NCBI GenBank assembly: GCA_965243745.1
Contig: CBDEVR010000002.1
Span: forward strand, 967,935 to 1,031,934
Direction: 5' to 3'
Origin: Dehalococcoidia bacterium
GTDB lineage: Bacteria; Chloroflexota; Dehalococcoidia; Lucifugimonadales; Australimonadaceae
DNA: 64,000 bases
Program-made: the position numbers and the translations under genes
Notes under the pieces: generated by a model
Told to the model about the DNA's origin: nothing
Databases searched by the model: none
The model's input: only the letters and a program-made list of their open reading frames with translations
Shown here: piece by piece, positions 9,315-18,002 of the stretch
How the letters are laid out: the number at the start of each line of letters is the position of its first letter
Numbering within the stretch: the first letter of the stretch is position 1

Positions 9315-10280
9315 CTACTCCGCGCGAACGTTGAGAGGGTAGTCGAAGTAGGCCTCGTTGATCATGAAATGGAGGTTCGTTGCCTCGCTGAGAACCCTGC
9401 GAAGCAGCACCTCACGCTCCCTGCTGTCTGGCCATTCGTTCTGCAGGAGGGAGAGCATCCGCCCCGTCAGCCGCTGCGCCGCGCGGCCCGAGTCTGTGCC
9501 TGGCCCGGTCCCGAGCCTCGCGATCTCTTGAGAGATCTGGTTGAACGACCGGCCGAGCGAACCGGGCAGCAACGGATCGGTTACCAGTAGATCGAGCGCT
9601 TCCTGGGGACGGATCGTAGCGCCATAGCGCCGGTTGTATACCTCCAGCGCATGAGAGGCTTCCAGCAAGCTCACCCAGTCTTCTTCGGCGTAATCGTCGC
9701 CTTCGGCATCGATGGCCAGTTGCTGCAACAGCAGAGCGGGCGCGAACTGTACACGTTCCACGAAACCGCCCAGCCGGAGGAAACTCCATCCCTCGTCCCG
9801 GTACATCGTCGCCTGCGCTGCCCCGTCGAACGCGTCGGTCTCCGCCGCAAGCCCTGCGTAGAAGCCTTCCGGCAGCGCCTTCCAGATGTCCTCGATGTCC
9901 ATGTCCCGAAGACGCAGGTACGCCAGGTTCAGGCGCTGCCACATCTCCGCGCTGATGCAATGGCGCATCTGGCGCGCGTTCTCCCTGCCCTGGGCGAAGC
10001 AGTTCCATACCGAATCCGGGTTGAAACGCTCGAAGGTGAGGTCCCCTGCGAGCGTGTACGAGTCCGCAAGCGTGAAGTCGTCGCTTTCGGCTACGGCCAG
10101 CGCACCCCCGGGCGGAGCCCGGCGCAGCGCGCCGTAGAGCCTGCGCCAGCCGGCGTGTATATCGCGAGCGGGACGGTCCACCAGCGCTTCGGTCTGAAGC
10201 TGCAGCAACCGGCACAGGCACTCCGTCCGTTCGAGGTACCGGCCCATCCAGTACAAACCTTCTGCGCTACGAGCCAGCAT
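9315..10280 (-). CDS. alpha-E domain protein (DUF403)
   Basis: N-terminus LARSAEGLYWMGRYLERTE is the characteristic alpha-E family start. It lies 3 nt downstream of the ATP-grasp gene. Confidence 0.8.
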   Translation of the reverse strand: MLARSAEGLYWMGRYLERTECLCRLLQLQTEALVDRPARDIHAGWRRLYGALRRAPPGGALAVAESDDFTLADSYTLAGDLTFERFNPDSVWNCFAQGRENARQMRHCISAEMWQRLNLAYLRLRDMDIEDIWKALPEGFYAGLAAETDAFDGAAQATMYRDEGWSFLRLGGFVERVQFAPALLLQQLAIDAEGDDYAEEDWVSLLEASHALEVYNRRYGATIRPQEALDLLVTDPLLPGSLGRSFNQISQEIARLGTGPGTDSGRAAQRLTGRMLSLLQNEWPDSREREVLLRRVLSEATNLHFMINEAYFDYPLNVRAE

Positions 10281-10283
10281 GGG

Positions 10284-11726
10284 TCACTCTTCCAGCACCC
10301 AGACGTCCTTGCCGCCTCCGCCCTGACTGGAGTTGACCACGAGGCTTCCGCGGCGCAGGGCAACGCGACAGAAAGCTCCGGGCACGATGCGCGTTTCGCG
10401 TCCCTGCAGAACGAAGGGACGCAGGTCCACGTGGCGGGGCTCCAGCTGTCCATCTACCAGGCAGGGTGCGCGGGAGAATGTCAGCACGGGCTGGGCTATG
10501 AAATCCGCCGGGTTCGCCCGCACCTGCTGCGCATATGCATCCCGCTCCTCCGGTGTGGCGTGCGGGCCTACCAGCATCCCGTAGCCGCCGGACTCGCCTA
10601 CGCGCTTCACGACCAGCTTGTCCAGGTTGTCCAGGGTGTACTCCAGTTCTGCGGGACGCCGGCAGAGATACGTTTCCACGTTGCCGAGTATCGGCTCTTC
10701 GCCAAGGTAGTAGCGGATCATATCCGGCACGAAGGGGTAGACGCTCTTGTCGTCGGCGACACCCACTCCCGGAGCGTTGACCAGCGTAACGTTGCCGCGT
10801 TTGCACGCGTCGAGCAGGCCCGGGACGCCCAGCATCGAGTCGGGGCGGAACACGAAGGGGTCCAGGAACAGGTCGTCCACCCTGCGGTAGACGACGTCCA
10901 CGCGGCGAAGCCCGGAAGTCGTACGCATGTACACGAACCCGTTGCGCGTCAGCAGGTCGCGGCCCTCCACCAGTTCCGCACCTATCTCGTGTGCGAGGAA
11001 CATGTGCTCATAGAACGCTGCGTTGTACACCCCTGGCGTCAGAAGCGCGATCGTGGGGTCGGATTTGCCTCCGGGGGCCAACTCGCGGAGCGTCTGCTGC
11101 AGCAGGCTTCCGTAGTGCTCGACCTCGCGGACGCGATAAGACCGGTAGAGGCGGCGCAGCCCGGCCTTTACCGCGTTCCGGGTCGCGACCATGTAGGACA
11201 CGCCGGACGGAGAGCGGAGATTGTCCTCCAGCACGAAGAAGCCGTCGTCTGTCCGCAGCAGGTCGGTGCCGCAGATGCCCACCCACACGCCTTCCGGGGG
11301 TGAATAGCCGAGCATCTCCGGGCGATAGTTGGGGCACCCGGTCACCAGGTCTTCCGGGATAACTCCGTCTGAGACGGCGTACGCGCCGTTGTAGACATCG
11401 TCCACGAAACGGTTGAGCGCGCGCAGACGCTGGGCAAGGCCGCTTTCCAGCAGGTGCCATTCGGCCGCGGGCAGCACGCGGGGCACGCAGTCCACCGGGA
11501 TGATCCGTTCCTGTGCTTCTTCGTCCCCGTACACCGTGAAGAAGATGCCTTCGTGCAGGAAGGAGCGGGCCACTCCTTCCTGTATGCTGCCGAGTTGCTC
11601 GGGAGAAAGCCCCAGCAATGCCTCGTGCAATCTCCGGGAGTGTTCCCGTGGCGACCCATCAGGCAGCAGCATCTCGTCGTAGATGGTGGTGTCGAGGTTG
11701 TAGGAGTCGAAGTTCATGCTCCGCAC
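10284..11726 (-). CDS. circularly permuted type-2 ATP-grasp protein (DUF404/DUF407)
   Basis: 480 aa. Family-typical N-terminus (FDSYN...YDEML..DG.PR) and conserved pairing with an alpha-E gene. Confidence 0.8.
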   Translation of the reverse strand: MRSMNFDSYNLDTTIYDEMLLPDGSPREHSRRLHEALLGLSPEQLGSIQEGVARSFLHEGIFFTVYGDEEAQERIIPVDCVPRVLPAAEWHLLESGLAQRLRALNRFVDDVYNGAYAVSDGVIPEDLVTGCPNYRPEMLGYSPPEGVWVGICGTDLLRTDDGFFVLEDNLRSPSGVSYMVATRNAVKAGLRRLYRSYRVREVEHYGSLLQQTLRELAPGGKSDPTIALLTPGVYNAAFYEHMFLAHEIGAELVEGRDLLTRNGFVYMRTTSGLRRVDVVYRRVDDLFLDPFVFRPDSMLGVPGLLDACKRGNVTLVNAPGVGVADDKSVYPFVPDMIRYYLGEEPILGNVETYLCRRPAELEYTLDNLDKLVVKRVGESGGYGMLVGPHATPEERDAYAQQVRANPADFIAQPVLTFSRAPCLVDGQLEPRHVDLRPFVLQGRETRIVPGAFCRVALRRGSLVVNSSQGGGGKDVWVLEE

Positions 11727-11735
11727 CAGCGCCCG

Positions 11736-14042
11736 CTAGCCTGCCCTGCCGTCGTCGTCAGCCTCCTCTGTGCCGTCTTCCGCCTCATCTTCCTCCCCGT
11801 CGACGTCTCCGGTTCCCTCGTCCACATCGTCGTCGTCTTCGTCCGCATCGTCACCCACGCCGTCTGCGGCATCGTCCTCGTGCTCGGCGGTTACCACCGG
11901 ATACTTGAACGGCAGGTTAACCAGCATCTCGGTGAACTCGCCCGCCTCTGAAGTAACGGATATCGTTCCGCCGTGCTGGCGAACGATATCGTTCGAGATC
12001 GCAAGCCCCAGCCCTGTTCCCTTGTCGGTGGGCTTGGTGGTGAAGAACGGATTGAATATCTTGTCGATGGCCTCCTGGGGTATGCCGCTCCCGTTGTCCC
12101 TGATACGCACTTCCACCGATTCGTCCGTGCGGTTCGTTTTCAGCAGAACCTCGGGCATGTAGTCCCTGTCTCCTGCCGCTTCCCGCTGCTTCCGCTTCTC
12201 GTCCACGGCGTAACAGGCGTTGCTCACCATGTTCAGGAAGACGCGCCCCAGGTCGCTCGGGATAGCTTCCACCTCACCCGCGTCGGGGTCCAACTCCCGC
12301 AAGATCGTCAGCTGGAAGTCCGGGTCCAGCGCGCGGGCGCTGTGGTAGGCCAGCGAAGCATGCTCGTCCACAAGGTCGTTGATCTCGATCGGACGCGCTT
12401 CACCGCCCCCTCTGCCCATCATCAGCATGTCCTGGACGATGCGGTTCGCCCGTTCGCCGTGCGAGCGGATGCGCTCGAGGTTGTCGGTCAGGTCGCCGGA
12501 TATCTCTTCGATGTACTGCTTCTGGTCGTCGGTCAGCCGGTCGCCGCTGTCCTCCACCGCCTCCTTCAACTCCACCAGCAGTTCAGCCGACGCTTCCGAG
12601 AAGTTCTTGACGAAGTTCAACGGGTTCCGGATCTCATGCGCCACGCCCGCGGTCAGCTCACCGAGCGCCGCCAGCTTCTCGCGCATGACGATCTGGTCCT
12701 GCGCCTTGTCCAGGTCTGCAAGCGCATCCTCCAACTCGTCGTTCTTCTCCCGTAACTCCTCCGCCAGGTGCTCGACCAGGTTCAGCCGCTGCACCTCCAG
12801 CGCGTTCCGGCGGAACACCTCCAGCGCCGCGGCCATGTCCGCTACCTCGTCCCGGCCGCTGACAACCACCTCTTCTTCCAGTTCGCCCCCGGCCATCCGG
12901 CGCATCCGGTGGGAGAGGAACGCCAGGCGGCGCAGCAGCACCCGCCACACGAAGAGCCAGTCGATGAGCAACGCTCCCACCACGCTGGCTATGCCGATCG
13001 CTATCAGCAGTTGGCGTCCTGTGCGGATCGATTGGTCAGACGAGAGCGTCGCCGCTTGCGCGTGCGTGTTCGCCGTGTTCACCAAGCCGTCCACTTCGTC
13101 CACGAGTTCGATCGCGATGGTGCGGTTCCGGGCGAGCAACTCACGCTGGTCTTCAGCAAGCTCCAACCCGCTCTGCACCAGGGCGAACCCTCCCTCTTCT
13201 TCACCCAGACCGAGGTCGTAGAGTCGGTCAGCCAGGGGGCTAAGGGATGCCAGCAGCTCTTCACTCACCTGCCCCAGGAACGTGCTCTCGGCGCCTCTGA
13301 ATGCAGCGAACTCCGCCTCGAACCGCTCACGCAGCGGCTCCACCAGAGCCGGCTCGGAGACGGTGAAGGCGCTCGACAGCACCTGCGCTGCTATGCTGAG
13401 GGCTCCCTGCAACTCCGCGAGACGCCGGTATTCGATGATCTGATCACCGGAGAAGGACTCCTCAAGCGAAGCGGGAGGCGCGTCGAGGCTGGTGTAGCCC
13501 GTCATCAGGTAGAAGAGCTGGTCGTCCAGCGCCGGGATCAGGACTCCGTCCAGTTCGTTCTGGACCGCCGTCAGGTCTTGCCGCAGTTTGCTGCTCCGCG
13601 CTTCCAGATCGAAGACGCCGGGCATCTCCGATTCGATCGTGTCTATGTTCGCAACCAGCTTGTTCGCCTGGGTCCGGATGCGGTCGAGACGCTCCTCGTC
13701 GCTCCCTCCCCTCTCCAGCGTGGCGAGTTCCTCATCGAACGCTCTGCGGGCGTCGTCGATCTCGGCAACCACGTCAGCGAAGTCGTCCGCCGAGGCGGAC
13801 GTCAAACGCGGGGCCGCAGCCACCAGCACGCCCGCGGATTCAGCCACGTGGAAGGCGTTGGTGATCTCGGGCAGGCTTGCATCATTAACCCGACTCTGCG
13901 CCTCGCTCACACGACCGAACGAGAACCAGCCCACGAGACTGGCGGCCAGCGTGAGCGCAACCGCGCCGGCGATCACCAGTTGCAGCTGCGTGGAGATACG
14001 CGATGGAAGCCTGATCATCCTGAGTGGTTGGATCATGGCCAC
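11736..14042 (-). CDS. sensor histidine kinase (2 TM, large extracytoplasmic domain, HAMP, HisKA, HATPase) with poly-acidic C-terminal tail
   Basis: Two TM helices flank a ~300-aa outside domain. H-box VAHEIRNPLNF and the N, G1 and G2 boxes (DNGSGIP, GTGLGL) are present. The last ~49 aa are Asp/Glu-rich. Confidence 0.85.
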   Translation of the reverse strand: MAMIQPLRMIRLPSRISTQLQLVIAGAVALTLAASLVGWFSFGRVSEAQSRVNDASLPEITNAFHVAESAGVLVAAAPRLTSASADDFADVVAEIDDARRAFDEELATLERGGSDEERLDRIRTQANKLVANIDTIESEMPGVFDLEARSSKLRQDLTAVQNELDGVLIPALDDQLFYLMTGYTSLDAPPASLEESFSGDQIIEYRRLAELQGALSIAAQVLSSAFTVSEPALVEPLRERFEAEFAAFRGAESTFLGQVSEELLASLSPLADRLYDLGLGEEEGGFALVQSGLELAEDQRELLARNRTIAIELVDEVDGLVNTANTHAQAATLSSDQSIRTGRQLLIAIGIASVVGALLIDWLFVWRVLLRRLAFLSHRMRRMAGGELEEEVVVSGRDEVADMAAALEVFRRNALEVQRLNLVEHLAEELREKNDELEDALADLDKAQDQIVMREKLAALGELTAGVAHEIRNPLNFVKNFSEASAELLVELKEAVEDSGDRLTDDQKQYIEEISGDLTDNLERIRSHGERANRIVQDMLMMGRGGGEARPIEINDLVDEHASLAYHSARALDPDFQLTILRELDPDAGEVEAIPSDLGRVFLNMVSNACYAVDEKRKQREAAGDRDYMPEVLLKTNRTDESVEVRIRDNGSGIPQEAIDKIFNPFFTTKPTDKGTGLGLAISNDIVRQHGGTISVTSEAGEFTEMLVNLPFKYPVVTAEHEDDAADGVGDDADEDDDDVDEGTGDVDGEEDEAEDGTEEADDDGRAG

Positions 14043-15286
14043 AAGTCCTGGAGTGTCTGGATCGGATAGTAGTTCCCGTCGGACCCGAGCACGGTCAGGA
14101 ACACCGTGTCCGAGCCCTGATTATCGTCCTCCCCGTAGGCAAGAGTGAAACCGTCGAGGTCGATCGAATCGGCGTTGGTCAGGCTGTCCAGGAAACACTG
14201 GCGGGAGAGGTCCGGGCCGCAGCCCTCGAGTCCAGCTATCGCCAGTCGTCCCGCCAGGTAACCTTCAAGCGATACGAAGCCCGGTAACGTCCTCGGGTTG
14301 TACGAAGAAAGCGCCCTGCGGTAAGCCCCCACCACCGGCTCCGACAGGTCGTTCGGGAAGGGCACCACCTGCGTCACGAAAACCCCGGCTCCTTCAGAGC
14401 CAAGTTCACGCGCCAGCGCGTTGCTGCCGACGAAGGAGATATTGATGAACTGAGCGTCCATCCCTATCCGCCGAGCCCACCTGATGAACTCCGCCACCGG
14501 CTCGTAGGCCCCTACCATGATGACCGCTTCGGGCAACGAACGCTGTATGTCCAGCAGCGCGGTCTTCACAGCCGTCGTGTTCCGCGTATACAGCCCGATG
14601 CCTACGGGCGACATACTGCGACGATGGAGTGCCTCCACTGTCCCCTGGTAGCCGGCGCGGCCGAAAGAGTCGTCCTGGTACATCACGGCGATCCGCCTGA
14701 TGCCCAGGTCCTCGGTCAGACGCTCGACCATCTCCTCGGTCTCCTGGTTGTACGAGGCGCGAACGTTGATCACGTTCTGTGGCCCCAGCGTACGGAGGAA
14801 CTCCGCTCCCGTGAACGGCGCCAGGTAGGGCACCCCCGCCGCCACCGAGACCGGCGTGGCCGAGCGGGATGTGGGCGTCCCCACCGCTCCGATCAGCATG
14901 AACGCCCGTTCGTCCTCTATCAACCGAAGAGTATTCGTGACCGCCGTCTCCGGTTCGTAAGCGTCGTCCAGGGAGATCAGTTCGAGTGAGCGCCCGTGCA
15001 CGCCTCCCGCCCGGTTCGCTTCGTGGAACGCCGCTTCGATGCCGGTCCTCATATTCGTCCCCAACTCTGCGGCAGGGCCCGTGAATGCAGCGGACTGGCC
15101 GAACAGTACCCGGTCGTCGGTGATCCCGCCCCGACTGTTGTCCACCGGGGGCATGGGCGTCGCTGTGGGCCTGTTGTGATTGGGAGTCGGGACAACCGTC
15201 TCAGTTGCACCCCCTGTGCAACCTGCCAGTCCTGCCGCGAGTAAGAGAACTGCCCAGTATCCGGCCACACGCAGTGCGCCGCTCAT
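14033..15286 (-). CDS. periplasmic substrate-binding lipoprotein (Leu/Ile/Val-binding, type-1 PBP family)
   Basis: Lipobox LAGC. Overall type-1 binding-protein pattern. Overlaps the kinase start by 10 nt and the upstream gene by ATGA. Confidence 0.75.
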   Translation of the reverse strand: MSGALRVAGYWAVLLLAAGLAGCTGGATETVVPTPNHNRPTATPMPPVDNSRGGITDDRVLFGQSAAFTGPAAELGTNMRTGIEAAFHEANRAGGVHGRSLELISLDDAYEPETAVTNTLRLIEDERAFMLIGAVGTPTSRSATPVSVAAGVPYLAPFTGAEFLRTLGPQNVINVRASYNQETEEMVERLTEDLGIRRIAVMYQDDSFGRAGYQGTVEALHRRSMSPVGIGLYTRNTTAVKTALLDIQRSLPEAVIMVGAYEPVAEFIRWARRIGMDAQFINISFVGSNALARELGSEGAGVFVTQVVPFPNDLSEPVVGAYRRALSSYNPRTLPGFVSLEGYLAGRLAIAGLEGCGPDLSRQCFLDSLTNADSIDLDGFTLAYGEDDNQGSDTVFLTVLGSDGNYYPIQTLQDLWP

Positions 15287-15732
15287 TCATCCCTCGACAT
15301 CGCCACGGTCATGTGGTTCTTGCCGTCCTCCCGCCGGTACTGCATGTCGGAAGTCATCGTCCGCACGAGATAGACGCCAAGTCCTCCTATCCGGCGTTCC
15401 TCCATCGGCGATTCCATGTCCGGGTCGGGGGCGTCGTGCAACGGATCGAACGGCTTCCCTTCGTCCGTTATCTCGATGACCAGGTCATCCTCGTTGCACG
15501 TAAGGCGCACGTCCACGTGATGCCCGCTCTCGTCGTAGGCATAGTTGATCACGTTGAGCACCAACTCCTCGAGAACGAGGTTCACCTTGAACGTGAGCGC
15601 GGCAGGCCAGTTGTCCTGTTCAGCCAGCGTCTCGACTGCGGCGGTCAGCCGCTCCAACTCCTCGGGGCGCGTCTCGAGCGTGAGGGCCAGTCCGTTGCTC
15701 ATCCCTACGCTCTCCGTCGCAGCGTCAGACAC
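15283..15732 (-). CDS. RsbW/SpoIIAB-like serine kinase (HATPase_c_2, anti-sigma-type)
   Basis: N-box (EELVLNVINYA) and G-boxes (DEGKPFDP, IGGLGVYL). An alternative start at 15702 (MSNGLAL) would remove the 28-nt overlap with the upstream gene. Confidence 0.75.
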   Translation of the reverse strand: MSDAATESVGMSNGLALTLETRPEELERLTAAVETLAEQDNWPAALTFKVNLVLEELVLNVINYAYDESGHHVDVRLTCNEDDLVIEITDEGKPFDPLHDAPDPDMESPMEERRIGGLGVYLVRTMTSDMQYRREDGKNHMTVAMSRDE

Positions 15733-16874
15733 GTGATGTCGTCCGACTGAGGCGCTCCCGCTACGAACTCGCGGACCGCCGCGAACACCGCTTCGTTCGC
15801 GGCCTCTGCGCTCTGCGGCCCGCCTCCCGCGAACACCGCTCGCAGGCGCTCCATCCCGAACTCGCCATTCTCAGCATCCATCGCCTCTGTCACGCCGTCC
15901 GTGTAAAGGATCAGCGTATCCCCGGGCGCCAGCGTGATCTCGCCTTCCACGAACTCGACTCCGTTCAAGACGGCCAAAGCCAGTCCCTCGGTGTATTCGA
16001 GCACGGTGGAACTGCCGTCGGCGTGGAAGATAACGGGAAGGTTGTGGCCCCCGTTGGCGTAGGAGATGCGCCCGGTGGCAGGGTCGTACACTGCGTACAG
16101 CACCGTGACGAACATCGCAGCCTCATTATCTTCAGCCAGCAGGTTGTTTACCTCGCGGAGCACCTTCTCGGGTTCGGTCAGGCCGATGGCGGAGCCCTTC
16201 AGCAGCGTACGGCTGGACATCATGAACAGCGCAGCCGGCACGCCCTTGCCCGACACGTCCGCTATCGCCAGGCCGATCTGCCCGTCGTTCAACAGCACGA
16301 CGTCGAAGAAGTCGCCGCCGACGTTGCGCGCCGGTTCCATGCTCCCGAATACCTCGAAATTGTCGCCACGCGGGAACTGCGTCGGCAGGATCGACTGCTG
16401 CATCTGGCTGGCGACATCCAACTCGCGTTGCAACGATACGAGCTTGTCGCGGGAGGAGAGCGCCTCCTTCCATGCCTTCATGTTCTCCAGCGTGCGCTCT
16501 ATCGTCACCTGCAGGTCGTCGAAGTCGAGCGGTTTGGTAACGAAGTCGAACGCCCCGCGGTTCATCGCCGTGCGGATGTTCTTCATGTCCCCGTACGCAG
16601 ACACGATCACTGCACGGAGATCAGGGTTCAACTCTGCTATCTGGGACAACAGCGTAAGCCCGTCCATACGGGGCATGTTGATGTCCGAGACCACCATGTC
16701 GATGTCGGGATCGCCGTTCAATACCTCAAGGGCTTCGATCCCGTTCTGGGCGAAAACGAACGAGTACCGACCGGACCGAATGTGGCGCCGCATCCGTTGG
16801 AGCATCAACGGCTCGACGTCCGGCTCATCGTCAACCACCAGTATCCTGTACGATTCGTTCTCTGACTCTGTCAT
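15705..16874 (-). CDS. response regulator with PP2C/SpoIIE phosphatase output (RsbU-like)
   Basis: REC domain (ILVVDDEP...DMVVSDINMPRMDG) followed by PP2C motifs (GGDFFDV, ADVSGKGVPAALFM). Confidence 0.85.
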   Translation of the reverse strand: MTESENESYRILVVDDEPDVEPLMLQRMRRHIRSGRYSFVFAQNGIEALEVLNGDPDIDMVVSDINMPRMDGLTLLSQIAELNPDLRAVIVSAYGDMKNIRTAMNRGAFDFVTKPLDFDDLQVTIERTLENMKAWKEALSSRDKLVSLQRELDVASQMQQSILPTQFPRGDNFEVFGSMEPARNVGGDFFDVVLLNDGQIGLAIADVSGKGVPAALFMMSSRTLLKGSAIGLTEPEKVLREVNNLLAEDNEAAMFVTVLYAVYDPATGRISYANGGHNLPVIFHADGSSTVLEYTEGLALAVLNGVEFVEGEITLAPGDTLILYTDGVTEAMDAENGEFGMERLRAVFAGGGPQSAEAANEAVFAAVREFVAGAPQSDDITCLTLRRRA

Positions 16875-16975
16875 CGCCTCTTCGCGTCTCCTGCTCAGGG
16901 GCGAACCGAACGATCAGCCCAGCGCCCCCTGAGACTCAGTAATCGAGATTCAGCAGACCGGTTGGCAACGCTGAG

Positions 16976-17314
16976 TTAGTCTTCCAGCGCCTTCAGCGCA
17001 TCGGACCTGGAGTCGTGCACCGGCACGATCTTGTCGAAGCCGCTGATCGCGAATATCTCCCGGACGGACTCGGAGAGCGAGCAACCCAGCAGCTTGGCGT
17101 TCTGCTTCTGGAGCGACTTGGCGACCAGCAGGATGACACGGAGACCCGCGCTGCTGATGTACTGCAGCTGCCCCATGTCCATGATCACGCCCCTGTCGCT
17201 CTGCTGGATGGCCCCCTCGAGCGCAGATTGGAAGTCCATCGCGTTCGTTCCGTCCACGCGGCCTTCCACGTCTACGATCAGATTCGCGCCCTCTCGTGTG
17301 CTCTTCAGCTCCAT
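16976..17314 (-). CDS. STAS-domain anti-sigma-factor antagonist (RsbV/SpoIIAA-like)
   Basis: 112 aa with the conserved phosphorylatable-Ser region (LQYISSAGLRVIL). Confidence 0.8.
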   Translation of the reverse strand: MELKSTREGANLIVDVEGRVDGTNAMDFQSALEGAIQQSDRGVIMDMGQLQYISSAGLRVILLVAKSLQKQNAKLLGCSLSESVREIFAISGFDKIVPVHDSRSDALKALED

Positions 17315-17492
17315 GTCTTCTCCTCTGCTGTCAGTGTTGGCAAGCCTGGGGGAGGCTCGGTATGCAACTCTATCAATGTTCTGCGTCAGCGCTCAATCGC
17401 TGTGCGACAGCCTCCATGACTCTGCATGGCTGCCGCAATACCCTACCATACCTTACAATCCACCCGAGATTTAGTCAGGAGGGCTGTACAGC

Positions 17493-18002
17493 ATGGAACT
17501 GTACTACGACGTCTTCGAGACCGATTGGGGATGGGTGGCGGTAGCCGGGACCGAGAAGGGCATACGATATGCCACCCTGCCGGAGCCCTCTCCTGAACGC
17601 GCCCTGGACGATCTGGAACGCAGCATGCGCGCTCCGCTCCCTGAACACGCTCCGGACGCGTTCGCTGCCTACCGTGCCCAACTCGAGGACTACCTGGATG
17701 GCAACGTTGCTGCCTGGGACGTGCCCCTCGACCTCGACGGAGTTGCCCCGTTCTTCCTTCGCGCATGGGACGCCTGCCGATCCATCCCTCCCGGAGAGAC
17801 GCGCACCTACGAATGGCTCGCCGCCTCCGCCGGGAACATCAAGGCCGTTCGCGCCGCGGGCCAGGCCATGGCCCGGAACCGCATCCCCATCCTCATCCCC
17901 TGCCACCGCGTGATAGGAAAGGACGGCGGACTGCACGGGTTCGGCGGCCCTGGTCTTCAGATGAAGGCCCGCCTGCTGAACCTGGAAGCGGCCCCTGCCT
18001 GA
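17493..18002 (+). CDS. ogt: methylated-DNA-protein-cysteine methyltransferase
   Basis: Active-site motif IPCHRVIG. AGGAGG lies 10 nt upstream of the ATG. Confidence 0.85.
   Translation: MELYYDVFETDWGWVAVAGTEKGIRYATLPEPSPERALDDLERSMRAPLPEHAPDAFAAYRAQLEDYLDGNVAAWDVPLDLDGVAPFFLRAWDACRSIPPGETRTYEWLAASAGNIKAVRAAGQAMARNRIPILIPCHRVIGKDGGLHGFGGPGLQMKARLLNLEAAPA

Noticed and set aside
9651-11303. 550-aa plus-strand ORF, plus other long antisense ORFs (21815..23977, 41455..43128, 55155..56438, 58659..59735, 53178..54854)
   Set aside because: Each lies opposite a gene with clear family motifs and shows no motifs of its own. They are treated as high-GC artefacts.
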